A DNA stretch of 64,000 bases. It comes from Eledone cirrhosa. Its lineage: Eukaryota. A program made the position numbers and the translations under genes. Of the stretch, positions 12,331-25,246 are shown piece by piece (position 1 is the first letter of the stretch; every line of letters begins with the position of its first letter). The notes beneath the pieces were generated by a model. That model was given only the letters and a program-made list of their open reading frames with translations. It made no database searches and was not told where the DNA came from. Where the stretch lies: positions 291,462,001 through 291,526,000 of the forward strand of contig OZ024741.1 in assembly GCA_964016885.1 (NCBI GenBank), given 5' to 3'.

Positions 12331-13084
12331 GGAGATACGGTATTGATTGATCAGCAGTAATTTATCAAATAAAAATGTTTGGCCAGCTTAGGAATGGAAT
12401 ACGAAAAAGAATTATTTCTGTGGGTTGTTAAGTCTAATGGTAAAGATATGCAGGGAAATGGTAGTTGGTGGTGTAGATATACTGTGTGAAAGAAATAATG
12501 CAAAACACTAGTAAATGATGGTGAATGACGATGATAATGCGAAAGAGTAGTGGCTCCGAGGTGGCTGTGGTGGTGGTGATTAACAGAAGGTGGTGCTGAA
12601 TGAGGAGAAGTGGGTGAGGTATATATTCGTTTCATTATTAGATATCGTAAAAGGGCATTCTAATAATTCTTTTCTGGTGATGATCAGATGAAATACCTGC
12701 GTGGGATTTGGGTAGTTCTCTTGCTGTCGTTGTGGTCTCGAATCATAAAACAGTACCACTCTTGCACACGCTCCAATATGTCTAATATAACAGAGTTTTA
12801 TGGGATAAAAATACGATACAATGCAACAAAATAAAATCAAGACAACTAACTATGATACAGGTCGGCGTCATATGACAGGGAAATGTAAAATATACAAAAT
12901 ACAGAGCATGAAGGCCCCTGAAATAAAATTCAAGGAAAACAGGACAAAGTGGTGTTTATAGGTAGGTACTAAGAAAAGAGAAACGTTTGTTAAGGGATAG
13001 TTCTAACAATAGCTCTTGAACTAATAGAGGTGCCACGAAGCGAAGCGACAAGTTCTAGAGTTAGGCTTAAAAGGGGTTACTAAC

Positions 13085-13272
13085 AAACCGTGAGATTTTC
13101 GCCCTCGATGCTGCAGAGCCGACCACATATTCCCACTGCGGCAAATCTTTGAAAATTGTGGGAGTATTGCCAAGAGTTGTATTCTCGATTCGTAGACTTT
13201 GAAAAGGCATACGACCGCTTCCCACGGGACTTGCTGTGGAAAGTTCTGCAGCGGTATGGGATCAATGGGTTC
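13085..13272 (+). mobile_element. RTE-type reverse transcriptase fragment
   Basis: DHIFPLRQIFENC..FVDFEKAYDRFPRDLLWKVLQRYGING, with a frameshift. Confidence 0.85.
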
Positions 13273-13738
13273 GAAGTCACTTGCGAGAAGTCAAACACCA
13301 CGTGGGCTTAAAATCTAAAAAGACGGAATTTGTGGCCAAAGCGTCTTTAGAGTAATTGTTACCGTACTTGCCCGACATCCGAGAAATGCATTATTTGATT
13401 CTTCGCGAGGGCTTCTAACCAATTTTGTCCTCTCCAGGGGTACTTTACTCAATTTTATCAATTATTATCTCTAGTGATCGAATATCATTATAGCCATTTC
13501 TGTTATGACGTACATAAGTATATACACAAATGTATATCGTTTTTTACAAAAACAATATAAAAAATTAGAAACATAGGTGAAGAAGTTAAAAACAGCTTAA
13601 AATAGAGTAATTTATCATAATAAACAGTACAAACGGCTATGTTTCATACTTAAAAAAAGCATGTATATAAAATTCTATTGTGCTAAAAATGATAATTACA
13701 TATGAAGCAAATTATTCATTAAAATAGACACCATTAAA

Positions 13739-13924
13739 TACGAACGTTTCCTTCATTTCCTGGGATTTGTCAAAATCAGTTATTTAAAATTAAAAAAGCT
13801 CATTATAACTTCACCAAAACACACAACAGCCAATAGCCGAAGAAAAGGGGATAATGAGTTTTTTTTATCTTAAATAACTGATTTTGACAAGTCCTAGGTA
13901 GGGGATGAAACGTTCGTAAATCAG
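13739..13924 (+). repeat. Imperfect inverted repeat with a decayed HHR (13878-13924)
   Basis: ctgatt-TTGACAA-gtcct..gggat-GAAA-cgttcg-TA-aatcag; perfect 6-bp stem I, core two transitions away from CTGACGA. Confidence 0.65.
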
Positions 13925-13955
13925 CATTTAATGTAAAAAAGGTGTTTGGTGTCTA

Positions 13956-14007
<52 letters not shown>

Positions 14008-14079
14008 AGAAAGAACTCTGATATGAACTTATCTCTAAAAGCCCATTCCGGGTCATGTAAGGAACGCTTTTTAGTTATT

Positions 14080-14123
14080 AAGCCCTTGAGAAGCCCATTC
14101 GGGCGAAACGTACGTAGGTGCTT
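14080..14123 (+). ncRNA. Decayed minimal HHR in a short insert between (TA)n tracts
   Basis: aagccc-TTGAGAA-gccc-attc-gggc-GAAA-cgtacg-TA-ggtgctt. Confidence 0.6.
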
Positions 14124-14176
14124 TTTTAAAATAAACATGTTTTAACGGTCTGTTCTCCTGTATTTTACTTCTCCAC

Positions 14177-14225
<49 letters not shown>

Positions 14226-14279
14226 TAAATATGTATATATGTATGTGTGTGTGACTGTGCATGGATGTGAGTATATATA

Positions 14280-14480
14280 TACGAGGATAGGCTGAAAAGT
14301 TTATAGACTAAATATGAAGGAATGATGCTAGAGCTGTGAAATCTTGCAAGTAATTATTTCAATGCTTCCTATTAGTAACTGCATTGTGACTTTCCAGGGA
14401 CTATGTCCAAAAATAAACCTCAATTTAGTCATTCTATGAGAGTATCTTGGTCAGCCTATGAACTTTTCAGCGAACCTAGT
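14280..14480. mobile_element. Mariner-type MITE
   Basis: TIRs tacgaggataggctgaaaagtttatag / ctatgaacttttcagcgaacctagt. Confidence 0.7.
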
Positions 14481-15134
14481 GAGTATTTGTTTGTGAGAGT
14501 GTGTGGATGTATATATTTCTATGTATGAGAAAAAGAGAGAGAGAGAATGTGTGTTTGTTAGTATGTGTATGTGATATTGTGAGAATGTGTGTGTATGTAT
14601 GTGTATGAGTGAGTAAGTGTGAGAGTATGCTTATATGTGAGTTTGTGAGTGTGAGAGGGTGTGTCTGTGATTGTGAATGTGCGAGTGTGAGTGTATGAGT
14701 GTGTGTGGGTGTGAGTTTGTGGGTAAGTGTGCATGAGTGCGTACAAATGTGTCTGTGTATATGTCTGTCTGAGAGGGAGAGTGTATACGTGTCTGTAGTT
14801 GTGTGTGTGTGTGTGTGTGTATGTATGTGTGTGTAGGTATGTGTGTGCATGCATGTGATGTATGTGTGTGTATGAATTTTGTGTGTATGTATGTTTGTGT
14901 GTGTGTGTGTGTATGTATGTATGTGTATGTATGTGTGTGGGGAGTATGTATGTATCTATGTGTCTGTGTATGTATATGTGTATGTGTGTGTATGTATGTG
15001 TGTATATATGAGTATACATGTGTGCATGTATGTGTGTGTGTGGGAGTATGTATGTATATTTACCGAGCGAGGGGAGATGGAGTGATTTATTCAAGCAAAG
15101 TATTGATAAATGACATAGTACAGAGACATGAAAA

Positions 15135-15555
15135 ATAATGTAAATAAATAAAATTAAAATAAATATTAAAATTAAAAATTAAAATTAAAATTAAATTAAA
15201 TTAAATTAAAAAAATAAATAAATAAATAAATGAAATAAAATAAAATAAAATAAAATAAAATAAAATAAAATAAAATAAAATGAAATGAAATGAAATGAAA
15301 TAAAATAAAATAAAATAAAACCTAAATAAAAAAAATTAAATTAAAATAAAATAAAATAGAAATAAAAACAAAAAACAAAATAAAATGAAACCAAAATAAA
15401 TAAAAAATAAAAAATAAAAAAAAGTAAAAAAAAAATGAAAAAATGAAAATAAAAATAAAAATAAAAATAAATAAATAAAATAAAATAAAAATAAAATAAA
15501 AATAAAGCAAAAACAGAATCAAACAAAAAATAATATATAAATTTAAATGAAAATA
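15135..15555. repeat. (AAAAT)n-type low-complexity tract
   Basis: Direct inspection. Confidence 0.95.
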
Positions 15556-15783
15556 GGAAGAGTACATCTTGATAAGGTCGGGTATGGCAAATATTCCGGG
15601 TGTTGTTGCATTGTTCAGTGCTTATTTTTGTCATGATGATCTCTTTCAGTTCCCTACCTGTGGAATTTAGAACAGTCCTGCTGTTGTCACGTAACTATTC
15701 CACCAGGTGTGACATTTTCATATCTTACTCTCAATGTATGTGGCCTGACTGCGGCTAATTTTAAAACATCATGTTTCACTCCT

Positions 15784-15824
<41 letters not shown>

Positions 15825-15910
15825 GTATTTGGGGTGTGTGTGTGTGTGTGTGTCTCTGTGTGTTATGTGTGTGTGTCTTATGTGGGTGTGGGTGGGTGTG
15901 TTATGTCAGC

Positions 15911-15944
<34 letters not shown>

Positions 15945-16496
15945 GTGTGTGTATGTAACAATGTGTATATGTCTGTGTATGCATGTGTGTGTATGTTGGT
16001 GTGTGTATGTCTGTATGTGTATGTCTGCCAGTGTGTGTAAGTCTGTATGTGCATGTGTCAGTGCGTGTATGTCAGTGTATGTTACAGTGTGTATATGTCA
16101 GTGTATGTATGTCCGTATGTGTATGTCTGTCTGTGTGTGTATGTCAGTGTGCATTTGTCAGTGTGTGCATATGTCAGTATGTGTATGTCTGTATGTGTAT
16201 GTCTGTCTATGTGTGTATATCTGTATGCGCATGTGTCAGTGTGTGTACGTCTGTGTGTGAATATGTGAGTGATTAAATATGTATGTGTGTTTGTATGAAG
16301 ACGCGTGGCTTAATGAGTAGGCTACTGTTATCACGATCTTATATTCGTGATTTCAATTGCCGGACCGCAGTTAACATTATCATATCTTCCTATCAATGTA
16401 TGTGGCTTGACAGCAGTTACTTTTAAATCATCAGGTTTCACTCTTTAAATATAAGTAACTTTATACGTTATTTATAATACATATACGTGTTTGTGT

Positions 16497-16640
16497 GAAG
16501 GCGCGTGTTTTAGTTGTTTGGCTGCTGAGCTCACGATGAGTGAATCGTGAGTTCGACTGCCGAACCTCGTGGCGCGTTGTGTCTTTGATCAAGATACTTT
16601 ATTTCATGTTGCTTCAGTCCTCACAGCTTGTAAACAGGAG
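16497..16640 (+). mobile_element. Diverged second tRNA-SINE family
   Basis: ggcgcgtg..tagt..gagttcgactgcc head followed by ttgtgtctttgatcaagatactttatttcatgttgcttcagtcc; a related head lies at ~16297-16370. Confidence 0.5.
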
Positions 16641-17294
16641 TTCTATCGAATGACCTGGAGCACTAGTTTTTGCAAATGGCGGAATTGGTTATAAGAATCA
16701 TGTTCTGGGATGTTCATGAAACGGCCGTGTAAGAGAACTTTAGGCAATGTTGGCTTGATCCTTTCTTTAGGTAAGTATATTTATCATTTGTCGTTCTATA
16801 TATGTGTACATAATACTCGTTGTTTCTCAACTAGATATATGGGGAAAATGTTTGCATATCGTTTAAATTTCAATGGGTAGTAAGCATACTTTCACATCTG
16901 CCTTGAATTTGATGGCAGAGGAGTTAATTTTTCATATCTGGAAAAGACCTATTACTACCTTTTTTTTGGTCACTTAGTCTAACAAACAGATAACCATCGC
17001 AACCTGCCTTTAAAATAGCGTGTAAAAAGTATACGTTGTTTAATAAAGGGAAAAGAAACAAATTACATGCATGAGAAAATCGGGAGGGGTGCATCCTCGC
17101 TGAGGCAATGTAGGTGATGTAGTGGGTATCTCTTATTGTTCATCATGGCAATGCCTTCACCATTTTCTCTATGAGGCGCAGCTGAAATTTACCACCTAGA
17201 CGGGGGTATAGAGTCCATCGCACTCTCCCTTTTACCCTTATTTCCACAATTTAATTTTGCTTTCCTTTTCGTTGTTTTAATATTTAACCATTTT

Positions 17295-17730
17295 CAGCTA
17301 TTCGAAAAACAAACATTTCTCAAGAATATCTCTGTCATAAATGTTGGCATTCTTTTGATCAGATATACTGCAGCAGTCATCCATTCCTCAACATTTTCTT
17401 CATCCGTTTCTTAGTGAAAACATGATCATATATAGCCTTATTTTTCTTTGATATTCTACATTTTGTAATGTCATTTGCAGTGTTTTCATTTGGTGCATTC
17501 CTAGAATTACTGCTCTCCATGTGTCAGTGTGGAGGCGTCCACAAACCTTCAAATAGTGCCAACACCGTAAACCACAACCCATACATTGTATTCCCTAAGG
17601 ATCCCTTCTTCTATTCTGCTATAGTTAACTACGTAGGTAGTGGCTTCATAAAGTCGAATCTATACTTAGACGTTAGAGAGCGTAATATATCTTTGGCCAG
17701 GGGTTGAATCCATGACATACAGTAAAGTAG
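17295..17730 (-). pseudogene. Tigger/pogo DDE transposase remnant
   Basis: SWIQPLAKDILRSLTSKYRFDFM matches the pogo QP(L/M)DQGIIRSLK.KYR motif; later TDEENVEEWM; stops and frameshifts. Confidence 0.6.
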
Positions 17731-18899
17731 GAGATAGATACCAAAGTAATTATTTGTCCAACACATTCATTACCTTAAATTTGTGAGGTGGTGGACTGGC
17801 AGAGGGGTATGTTGTCAGATTAAATAATTGGTTGTATTTAGTTACGAATTTCTACGTTTTGTGTTAAAATCCTTTGAAATCAACTCTATCATTAATCCTT
17901 CCACGACTGATAAAATAACGTACCAGTCAATTACTGTGGTCGATTTACGATGTAATCGATTTACCTTCTCAACACATTGCTGGCCTTGTACTTGAGGTAG
18001 AGATAATTATCTTACATTTATGGCCACGGTCAACAGTCACAGCAAGCTCTTACTTAACCACCACTGAAAGGAGATTTAGATCCTGAAATACGATTATTCG
18101 TGTTTCTTTGATCTGATCATATCGAGATGGAATTACAAAAAGATTTTGTAGCTTAGATGTAAAGTATTCTGATGAACGATTTTGGTTTTAGTGAATATTG
18201 ATTAAATGTGTAAACTGGTGTTTCTTATTTTTTTTATGCAGCTGATAAATTATATTTTGTATTGTGTGTACTGGGAGGTTCAGGTTCGTTGCTATTCATT
18301 CATCATAATCTTCGGTAAGTTGATACAAATACACATATATTAGTAGTATGAATTATCATATATAAATTATTTCATCTTTTTTCTTTATATTTGTGTGGGT
18401 GGGTGTCTCTTTATTTGTCAATGACTGAATCAAAGTGTGTCACACCTCAGTCGGTTCCGTTGTTTGGTGTTCCAGTTAAATCTATCAACAGAACATTCTG
18501 CTCGTGGAATTAACGTATATATCTCTGGGTGTTCAACTGACACGTGTAACCTTAAAGTAGTTGTTAGGGACTTGACATGACTGGTCATTTGATTTTCAGA
18601 AGCAGCCCATCTTCTTCAGCTAAGTGAAATTGAGAAACATGAAATTACACTATAACGCAATTCAGGATTACACAATCGTGATCGAAACGGCTTAACTACT
18701 GAGCCCTTGCCTTCAGAGAAGTCAAGGTATTACACCTCGTTAAAATAGTATCACAAGATCAGAGTTTAGCGTCAAAGTCTAACGGATTAAAGTTGTAGTA
18801 CCTGATTGATAAAGTCATAAGATCAATATTTAGTGTCACAATCACACCACGTTAAGATGTAGCAGCTCTACCGGCAGTGTTGAGTTGCGACTGCTCGAT

Positions 18900-20181
18900 C
18901 GACAGTGTTAAGCTGTGGTACCATCATTGGCAGTGTTAAGGTGTGGCACAACAATCGGCAATGTTAAGCTGTGGTACCATCATCGGCAGTGGTAAGCTGT
19001 GGTACCATCATCGGCAGTGGTAAGCTGTGGTACCATCATCGGCAGTGGTAAGCTGTGGTACCATCATCGGCAGTGGTAAGCTGTGGTACCATCATTGGCA
19101 GTGTTAAGGTGTGGCACGACAATCGGCAATGTTAAGCTGTGGTACCATCATCGGCAGTGGTAAGCTGTGGTACCATTATTGGCAGTGTTAAGGTGTGGTA
19201 ACATTTTTGGCAGTGTTAATCTGTGGTACATCATTGGCAGTGGTAAAGTGTGGTACCATTATTGGCAGTGGTAAAGTGTGGTACCATTATTGGCAGTGGT
19301 AAAGTGTGGTACCATCATTGGCAGTGTTAAGCTGTGGTACCATCAGCAGTTTTAAGATGTGGTACCATCATCGGCAGTGGTAAGCTGTGGTACCATCATT
19401 GGCAGTGTTAAGCTGTGGTACCATCATTGGCAGTGTTAAGCTGTGGTACCATCATTGGCAGTGTTAAGCTGTGGTACCATCATTGGCAGTGTTAAGCTGT
19501 GGTACCATTATTGGCAGTGTTAAGCTGTGGTACCATTATTGGCAGTGGTAAGGTGTGGTACCATGATTGGAAGTGGTAAGGTGTGGTACCATGATCGGAA
19601 GTGGTAAGGTGTGGTACCATTATTGGCAGTGTTAAGGTGTGGTACCATTATTGGCAGTGGTAAGCTGTGGTACCATCATTGGCAGTGGTAAGGTGTGGTA
19701 CCATGATTGGAAGTGGTAAGGTGTGGTACCATGATCGGAAGTGGTAAGGTGTGGTACCATTATTGGCAGTGTTAAGGTGTGGTACCATCATTAGCAGTGG
19801 TAAGGTGTGGTACCATCATCGGCAGTGGTAAGGTGTGGTACCATCATTAGCAGTGGTAAGGTGTGGTACCATCAGCAGTTTTAAGATGTGGTACCATCAT
19901 CGGCAGTGGTAAGGTGTGGTACCATTATTGGCAGTGTTAAGGTGTGGTACCATTATTGGCAGTGGTAAGCTGTGGTACAATCATTAGCAGTGGTAAGGTG
20001 TGGTACCATCATTAACACTGTTAAGCTGTGGTACCATCATCAGCAGTGTTAAGCTGTGGTACCATCATCAGCAGTGTTAAGCTGCGGTACCATCATCAGC
20101 AGTGTTAAGGTGTGGTACCATCATCAGCAGTGTTAAGGTGTGGTACCATCATCAGCAGTGTTAAGGTGTGGTACCATCATT
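18900..20181. repeat. 28-bp minisatellite, ~45 units
   Basis: Consensus ggcagtg(g/t)taag(c/g)tgtggtaccat(c/t)at(c/t); units are contiguous with no spacers. Confidence 0.97.
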
Positions 20182-20594
20182 GATATAGTAATAAGATAAA
20201 TGTATAAATGTTCATTAATATAGTGTCACAGTATAAAGTAAAATATTCAATCAAAATGCGATACCTCATTCCCAAGATCAAACTGAGATACGTCAATCAT
20301 ATCGTATCAAAGTGTGATATCGCATTGATACGGTCTCATCGTAAGTAGGAGAGTACATCTCACACTGCATATTTAATAAATAGATAAATAGATAAATAGA
20401 TAAATAGATAAATAGATAAATAGATAAATAGATAAATAAAATGACTTTCTTATGTGCGAAAGCGTTATCGAAAGATATCCCTAGCTATCGAATATATCGA
20501 TTTCATGGTAGAGAAACAATAATAAGATATGTGTATACGTAAGTATACACACGGACACACGTACACACGTACACACGTACACACACACACTCAC

Positions 20595-20682
<88 letters not shown>

Positions 20683-20696
20683 TCTGTATATATATA

Positions 20697-20736
<40 letters not shown>

Positions 20737-20804
20737 CATACATACATACACACACATATAAACATATACATATGTACGTATGGCTTATATCTAACATTAA
20801 TAAT

Positions 20805-20978
20805 TGTTTCTACTTTTGGCACAAGGCCAGCAATTACCCAGTGCATTACTGGTACTTTATTTTATCGACCCCGTAAGGATGAAAGGCAAAGTCAACCTCG
20901 GCGGGATTTGAACTAAGATCGTAAAGGGACGTAACTATGCTGGAAAGCATGGTGTCCGACCCTCTACCGATACTGTCA
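20805..20978 (-). mobile_element. SINE with target-site duplication
   Basis: Direct repeat aacattaataat at 20793-20804 and 20979-20990. Confidence 0.92.
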
Positions 20979-21397
20979 AACATTAATAATAATGTTCTAT
21001 TCGTTTGGAAACAAACGGTCCGATTTATATATATGTATATGACGGAATAGAGTGCGAACACGTGAGTAGTCTCCCTTTCATAAAACATGCTAGACACTCT
21101 CAGGGTAAAATATATAGAGCGAGTGACCTCCCTTGAACTAACAAACTTTACGTATTTTACTCTCTTATTTTCAACTAAACGTGAGTAAGCATTTGCAATA
21201 ACCTCGAGATGAGGTTGCCGTGTGAAAACCGACAATTCAACGGATGGATTATTTCAAATAAGGACAATACTAGAAAGTTTGAGTCAGCAATCCATGGTAT
21301 TCTACATACTGAACACAGACAATACCCGATAATGATGGCCATTTAAATCTTCTTCTTCTTCTTCTTCTTCTTCTTCTTCTTCTTCTTCTTCTTCTTC

Positions 21398-22812
21398 CAG
21401 GAACCGGGTCAACAATTTAGTTAGAGAAAAGTTGACAAGGGGTGTCGTCAACAACTGATGGTGAGGTTTCTCAAAAGAGAGATTAGAGTAATTTCGATTG
21501 GTTTTAGCAAAGAGGTAGCATTTTTAAAAAAGGAGGGGGGGAGCTGTTAGCAAAATTAGACGAGGCTATTTGAAGTGGAATTGCAACTGGCGTGTTAGTG
21601 GCGAGAAAGGCATTAGACCATTTCTTCAAAGCGAAACACGACGCTTGCATTGTCCATGCCATCTTTCGAAACCGTTTCAGATCTCCCGATCAGTCTATCA
21701 AGAGTGCCCTCTCTCCTCCCTTATGTACGTATTGACTCTCGAGCACTTACTGCTTGAACGGGGACGCAGAAAGGCTGTGGTGGCATATTCGAACATCACC
21801 ATGATGGTGTCGAAATCCTTAGAAATCGAGATGGTCGGCACATTCGTGGAGGAATATAAAAAATTGACGAGAGCAAAACTGAACCCGGATTTGTCAGTGG
21901 GCTTGCATCTTGTCCGTCATCTTTTACCGCCTGACCGTCATGCCTTGCCCCCGTTCGCACCTCGCCAACTTGGAACGGCTCCTCTTCAACTTTTTGTGGA
22001 ATTGACAGGTTCCGCTGGTGAGGCGGTGGATCTGCTGCCAGGAGCCTCTACGCGGAGGACTTGGCATGCCGTGGCTAATGATGCACAAACATGCGCAGAG
22101 GCTGCGGCATCTCCAGATATTCTGCCTAAGCGGCGAACAGGTGTGATCGCTGTTTGTGACACAGGCCTTTCTGTAGCTCATCTCTTTGACTGAGCTTCAG
22201 TCCTGTGTCAAGAAAACACCGAGACTGGGTGCCTGGCATTTGGAATGTCGTCAGGCACTCACTTACACTCTACCAAGCGGACAATGCAGTCAAAGGAACT
22301 TTCACTCTCGAGATATATAGATGATTAGTGGTAGGCAAGTGCGACGACGCACTGGGAGAGGATCTGGGCGTAGACGAAGACCTCCTGAGCAGTCTTTTCC
22401 GGAGGACTTTCGATCCAAGGACTATGGATAGCTTCCAGAAATCCCTCGCTTGGCAATGTTACCGGGGGGCACTGCCGATTCGAGATACACTCTACAGGCA
22501 CGGAAGTGCTGTCAGATGAACATGTTCAAGATACGGTTAATTTGAGGGAGAGAAGGATGTCTTTAACGAGTGCTCTTGAAGCGTCGGTTGGTTCAGGATT
22601 GGTGGTGTACCTCAGTCTCCTATGGGTTGTTCGCTCCCTATTGGGGAATTTATTTTGTTATATTTTCATATATTTTTATATATTTTCAGAGTTAATTGTT
22701 TTTGTTATTGTGTACTTTTACTCGATATTTTATTGTACCCCCCCCCCTCCACTCTCCCTGTCTTTGTAATGTCCCCTTTATGTCGGTCCTTATTGTGGTC
22801 AATAAATGAAAC
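21398..22812 (+). mobile_element. Degenerate, internally deleted Tx1-clade LINE
   Basis: Collinear with 44747-47776 (ISRSVYQECPLSSLMYVLTLE; MDSFQKSLAWQCYRGALPIR); ends aataaatgaaa; preceded by (TTC)n. Confidence 0.9.
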
Positions 22813-22827
22813 CATTATTATTATTAA

Positions 22828-23550
22828 CGTCAGATACTATGCTTTGCAGCATAGAGGTATGGCCCTTTACGTTATGGGTTCAAATCTCGCAGAGGTTAAC
22901 TATGCTTTTCATCATTACGGGGTCGATAAAATAAAGTACCAGTCACGCACTGGGGTCGATCTAATCGATCTTCCCCACTCCAAACATTTCTGGCCTTGTG
23001 CCTATATAAGAAACCATTATTATTATTGGCATGGTGGATTAGCAGTATCGGTAGAGGGTCGGACGCCATGCTTTCCAGCATAGTTACGTCCCTTTATGAT
23101 CTGAGTTCAAATCCCGTCGAGGTTAACTTTGCCTTTCATCCTTACGGGGTCGATAAAATAAAGTACCAGTAATGTACTGGGTGATTGCTGGCCTTGTGCC
23201 TAAAGTAGAAACAATTATTATTATTGCCGGCGGATTGGCAGTATCGGTAGAGAGTTGGAGGCCATGCTGAGTTCAAATCTTGCCGGGGTTAACTTTGACT
23301 TTCATCCTTACGGGGTCGATAAAATAAAGTACCAGTAATACACTGGTTAATTGCTGGCCTTGTGCCAAAAGTAGAAACTATTATTATTAGCGTCAGATAC
23401 TATGCTTTGCGGTATAGAGTTATGGTCCTTTACGTTCTGGATTTAAATCTCTCCGAGGTTAGCTTTGTCTTTCATCCGTACGGGGTCGATAAAATAAAGC
23501 ACCAGTAATGCACTGGGGTAATTACTGGTCTTGTGCCAAAAGGAGACATT
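22828..23550 (+). mobile_element. Four head-to-tail SINE copies
   Basis: SINE core repeated at ~22905, 23130, 23295 and 23465. Confidence 0.9.
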
Positions 23551-23880
23551 TTATTAATGTCTGCTCGCTTTTTTCGTGAGAGGGTCGTAGGGGCAGAGTC
23601 CTGAGTTACGCCTTCTAGAGAGTCTTTCAAAGGCAGCCGTTTCCAGTTTATCCGGCTGGACTCCCAAGCGAGACCAGCAGAGTTCATGGATATTATCCAA
23701 TCATCTTGTTCTCGGTGTTCATCAGGGTCTGCTGCCGGCTGGCTTTGCCCGTAAAACGTCAACATAAAAATTATAACATTTGAAATTTTGTTGGAGTTAC
23801 TTCCCCTGCAACGTAAGAATATTTTTTTTGTTGTTGTTCATTGAAGCTGTTGTTTTCATTTACTTTGTATTATATTCGTA

Positions 23881-24105
23881 GGGCGGTGGATTGGCAGAAT
23901 CGGTGGAGCGTCGGAAACTATGCTTCGCAGCATAGATAGAGGGTCGCAGTATCGGTAGAGGGTCGGACGCCATGCTTTCCAGCATAGTTACGTCTCTTTA
24001 TGTTCTGAGTTCAAATGCCGCCGATGTTAACTTTGCCTTTCATCCTTATGGGGTCGATAAAAATAAAATACCAGTAATACACTGTGCAAAAGTAGAAACA
24101 ATTAT
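23881..24105 (+). mobile_element. SINE with duplicated head
   Basis: gggcggtggattggcagaatcgg head followed by a second head, core and shortened tail. Confidence 0.85.
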
Positions 24106-24252
24106 ATTCGTATATTTTTTACTAGTTCAAGTTATTAAACGGTGGCTATTGCTGAAAAACCACATCGAAGTCGATCCAATCGCATCCCAGCACAACTAAT
24201 TCGCACCAGGTGAGTGAACTTGAGCAAAATAAAAGGTGTCTTTCTCAAGCAA

Positions 24253-24290
<38 letters not shown>

Positions 24291-24296
24291 ACACAC

Positions 24297-25044
24297 CAGA
24301 TTCTCTCGTTGATGAAGCCCAGGATTATCTGTTACAAATACACTCAGGGCGAAACAGATTAGGGATAATCTGTCCGAGAGATATAATGGTTATTGAGGCG
24401 GTTTGTATATTTTATCATTCTGTCTGCTTCTTGGTTAAATATTTCAAACAAATGTGGTTTTTCAACCCTTGTAATTTTAGACACACGCTTTACTGTGTTT
24501 CTTACTATATATTATTAATCGGCTCAGTATTTATACTTTGAGCTTAATAGTTACAGGGTTCCAATTGAGTTTTAACTCTAATTTTCATATATATTTCTGC
24601 TCCCTCACAAGTTGAGCTTATTAAGTTGTGTGTGTTGGACTGTTATTTCTATTCAATACACGCTTACCACGTTTGACTAGCGGCGCACGAGGTGACAAAT
24701 TCATCTTTCTGTGTGAACGTTGGCAAATAGTGTTTGTGGCATTTAATCAGATTCTCTCGCTGATGAAGCCCAGGATTATCTGTTACAAACACACTCAGGG
24801 CGAAACAGATTAGGGATAATCTGTCCGAGAGATATAATGGTTATTGAGGCGGTTTGTATATTTTATCATTCTGTCTGCTTCTTGGTTAAATATTTCAAAC
24901 AAATGTGGTTTTTCAACCCTTGTAATTTTAGACACACGGTTTACTGTGTTTCTTACTATATATTATTAATCGGCTCAGTATTTATACTTTGAGCTTAATA
25001 GTTCCAGGGTTCCAATTGAGTTTTAACTCTAATTTTCATATATA
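24297..25044 (+). mobile_element. Retrozyme-like partial tandem repeat (451-nt period) with two type I HHRs
   Basis: 24297-24593 is nearly identical to 24748-25044; each starts with an HHR; no meaningful ORF; flanked by (CA)n and (TA)n. Confidence 0.85.
24753..24832 (+). ncRNA. Intact type I hammerhead ribozyme
   Basis: tctctcg-CTGATGA-a-gccc..gggc-GAAA-cagatta-ggga-taatctg-TC-cgagaga; 7-bp stem I, 8-bp stem III, GUC site. The upstream copy (24302-24381) has a C3-to-T change. Confidence 0.92.
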
Positions 25045-25246
25045 TATATATATATGTCTTCTAAATTTTTTTAATTAAACATACGGTACATTGCCAAATA
25101 TACTATACATACATTCATATATATATATATATATATATATATACATGAAATAATAACATATATATATTATATATATATACACATTCATATTATATATATA
25201 CACATATATATCATGTTCACACGCACACACACACACATATATATAT

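Noticed and set aside
18900-20181. CRISPR-like array of 28-bp repeats
   Set aside because: Units are contiguous with no unique spacers, there are no cas genes, and the context is eukaryotic
23553-23765. Minus-strand CTGATGA..GAAAC as a hammerhead
   Set aside because: I could not build stems I-III with a valid cleavage triplet
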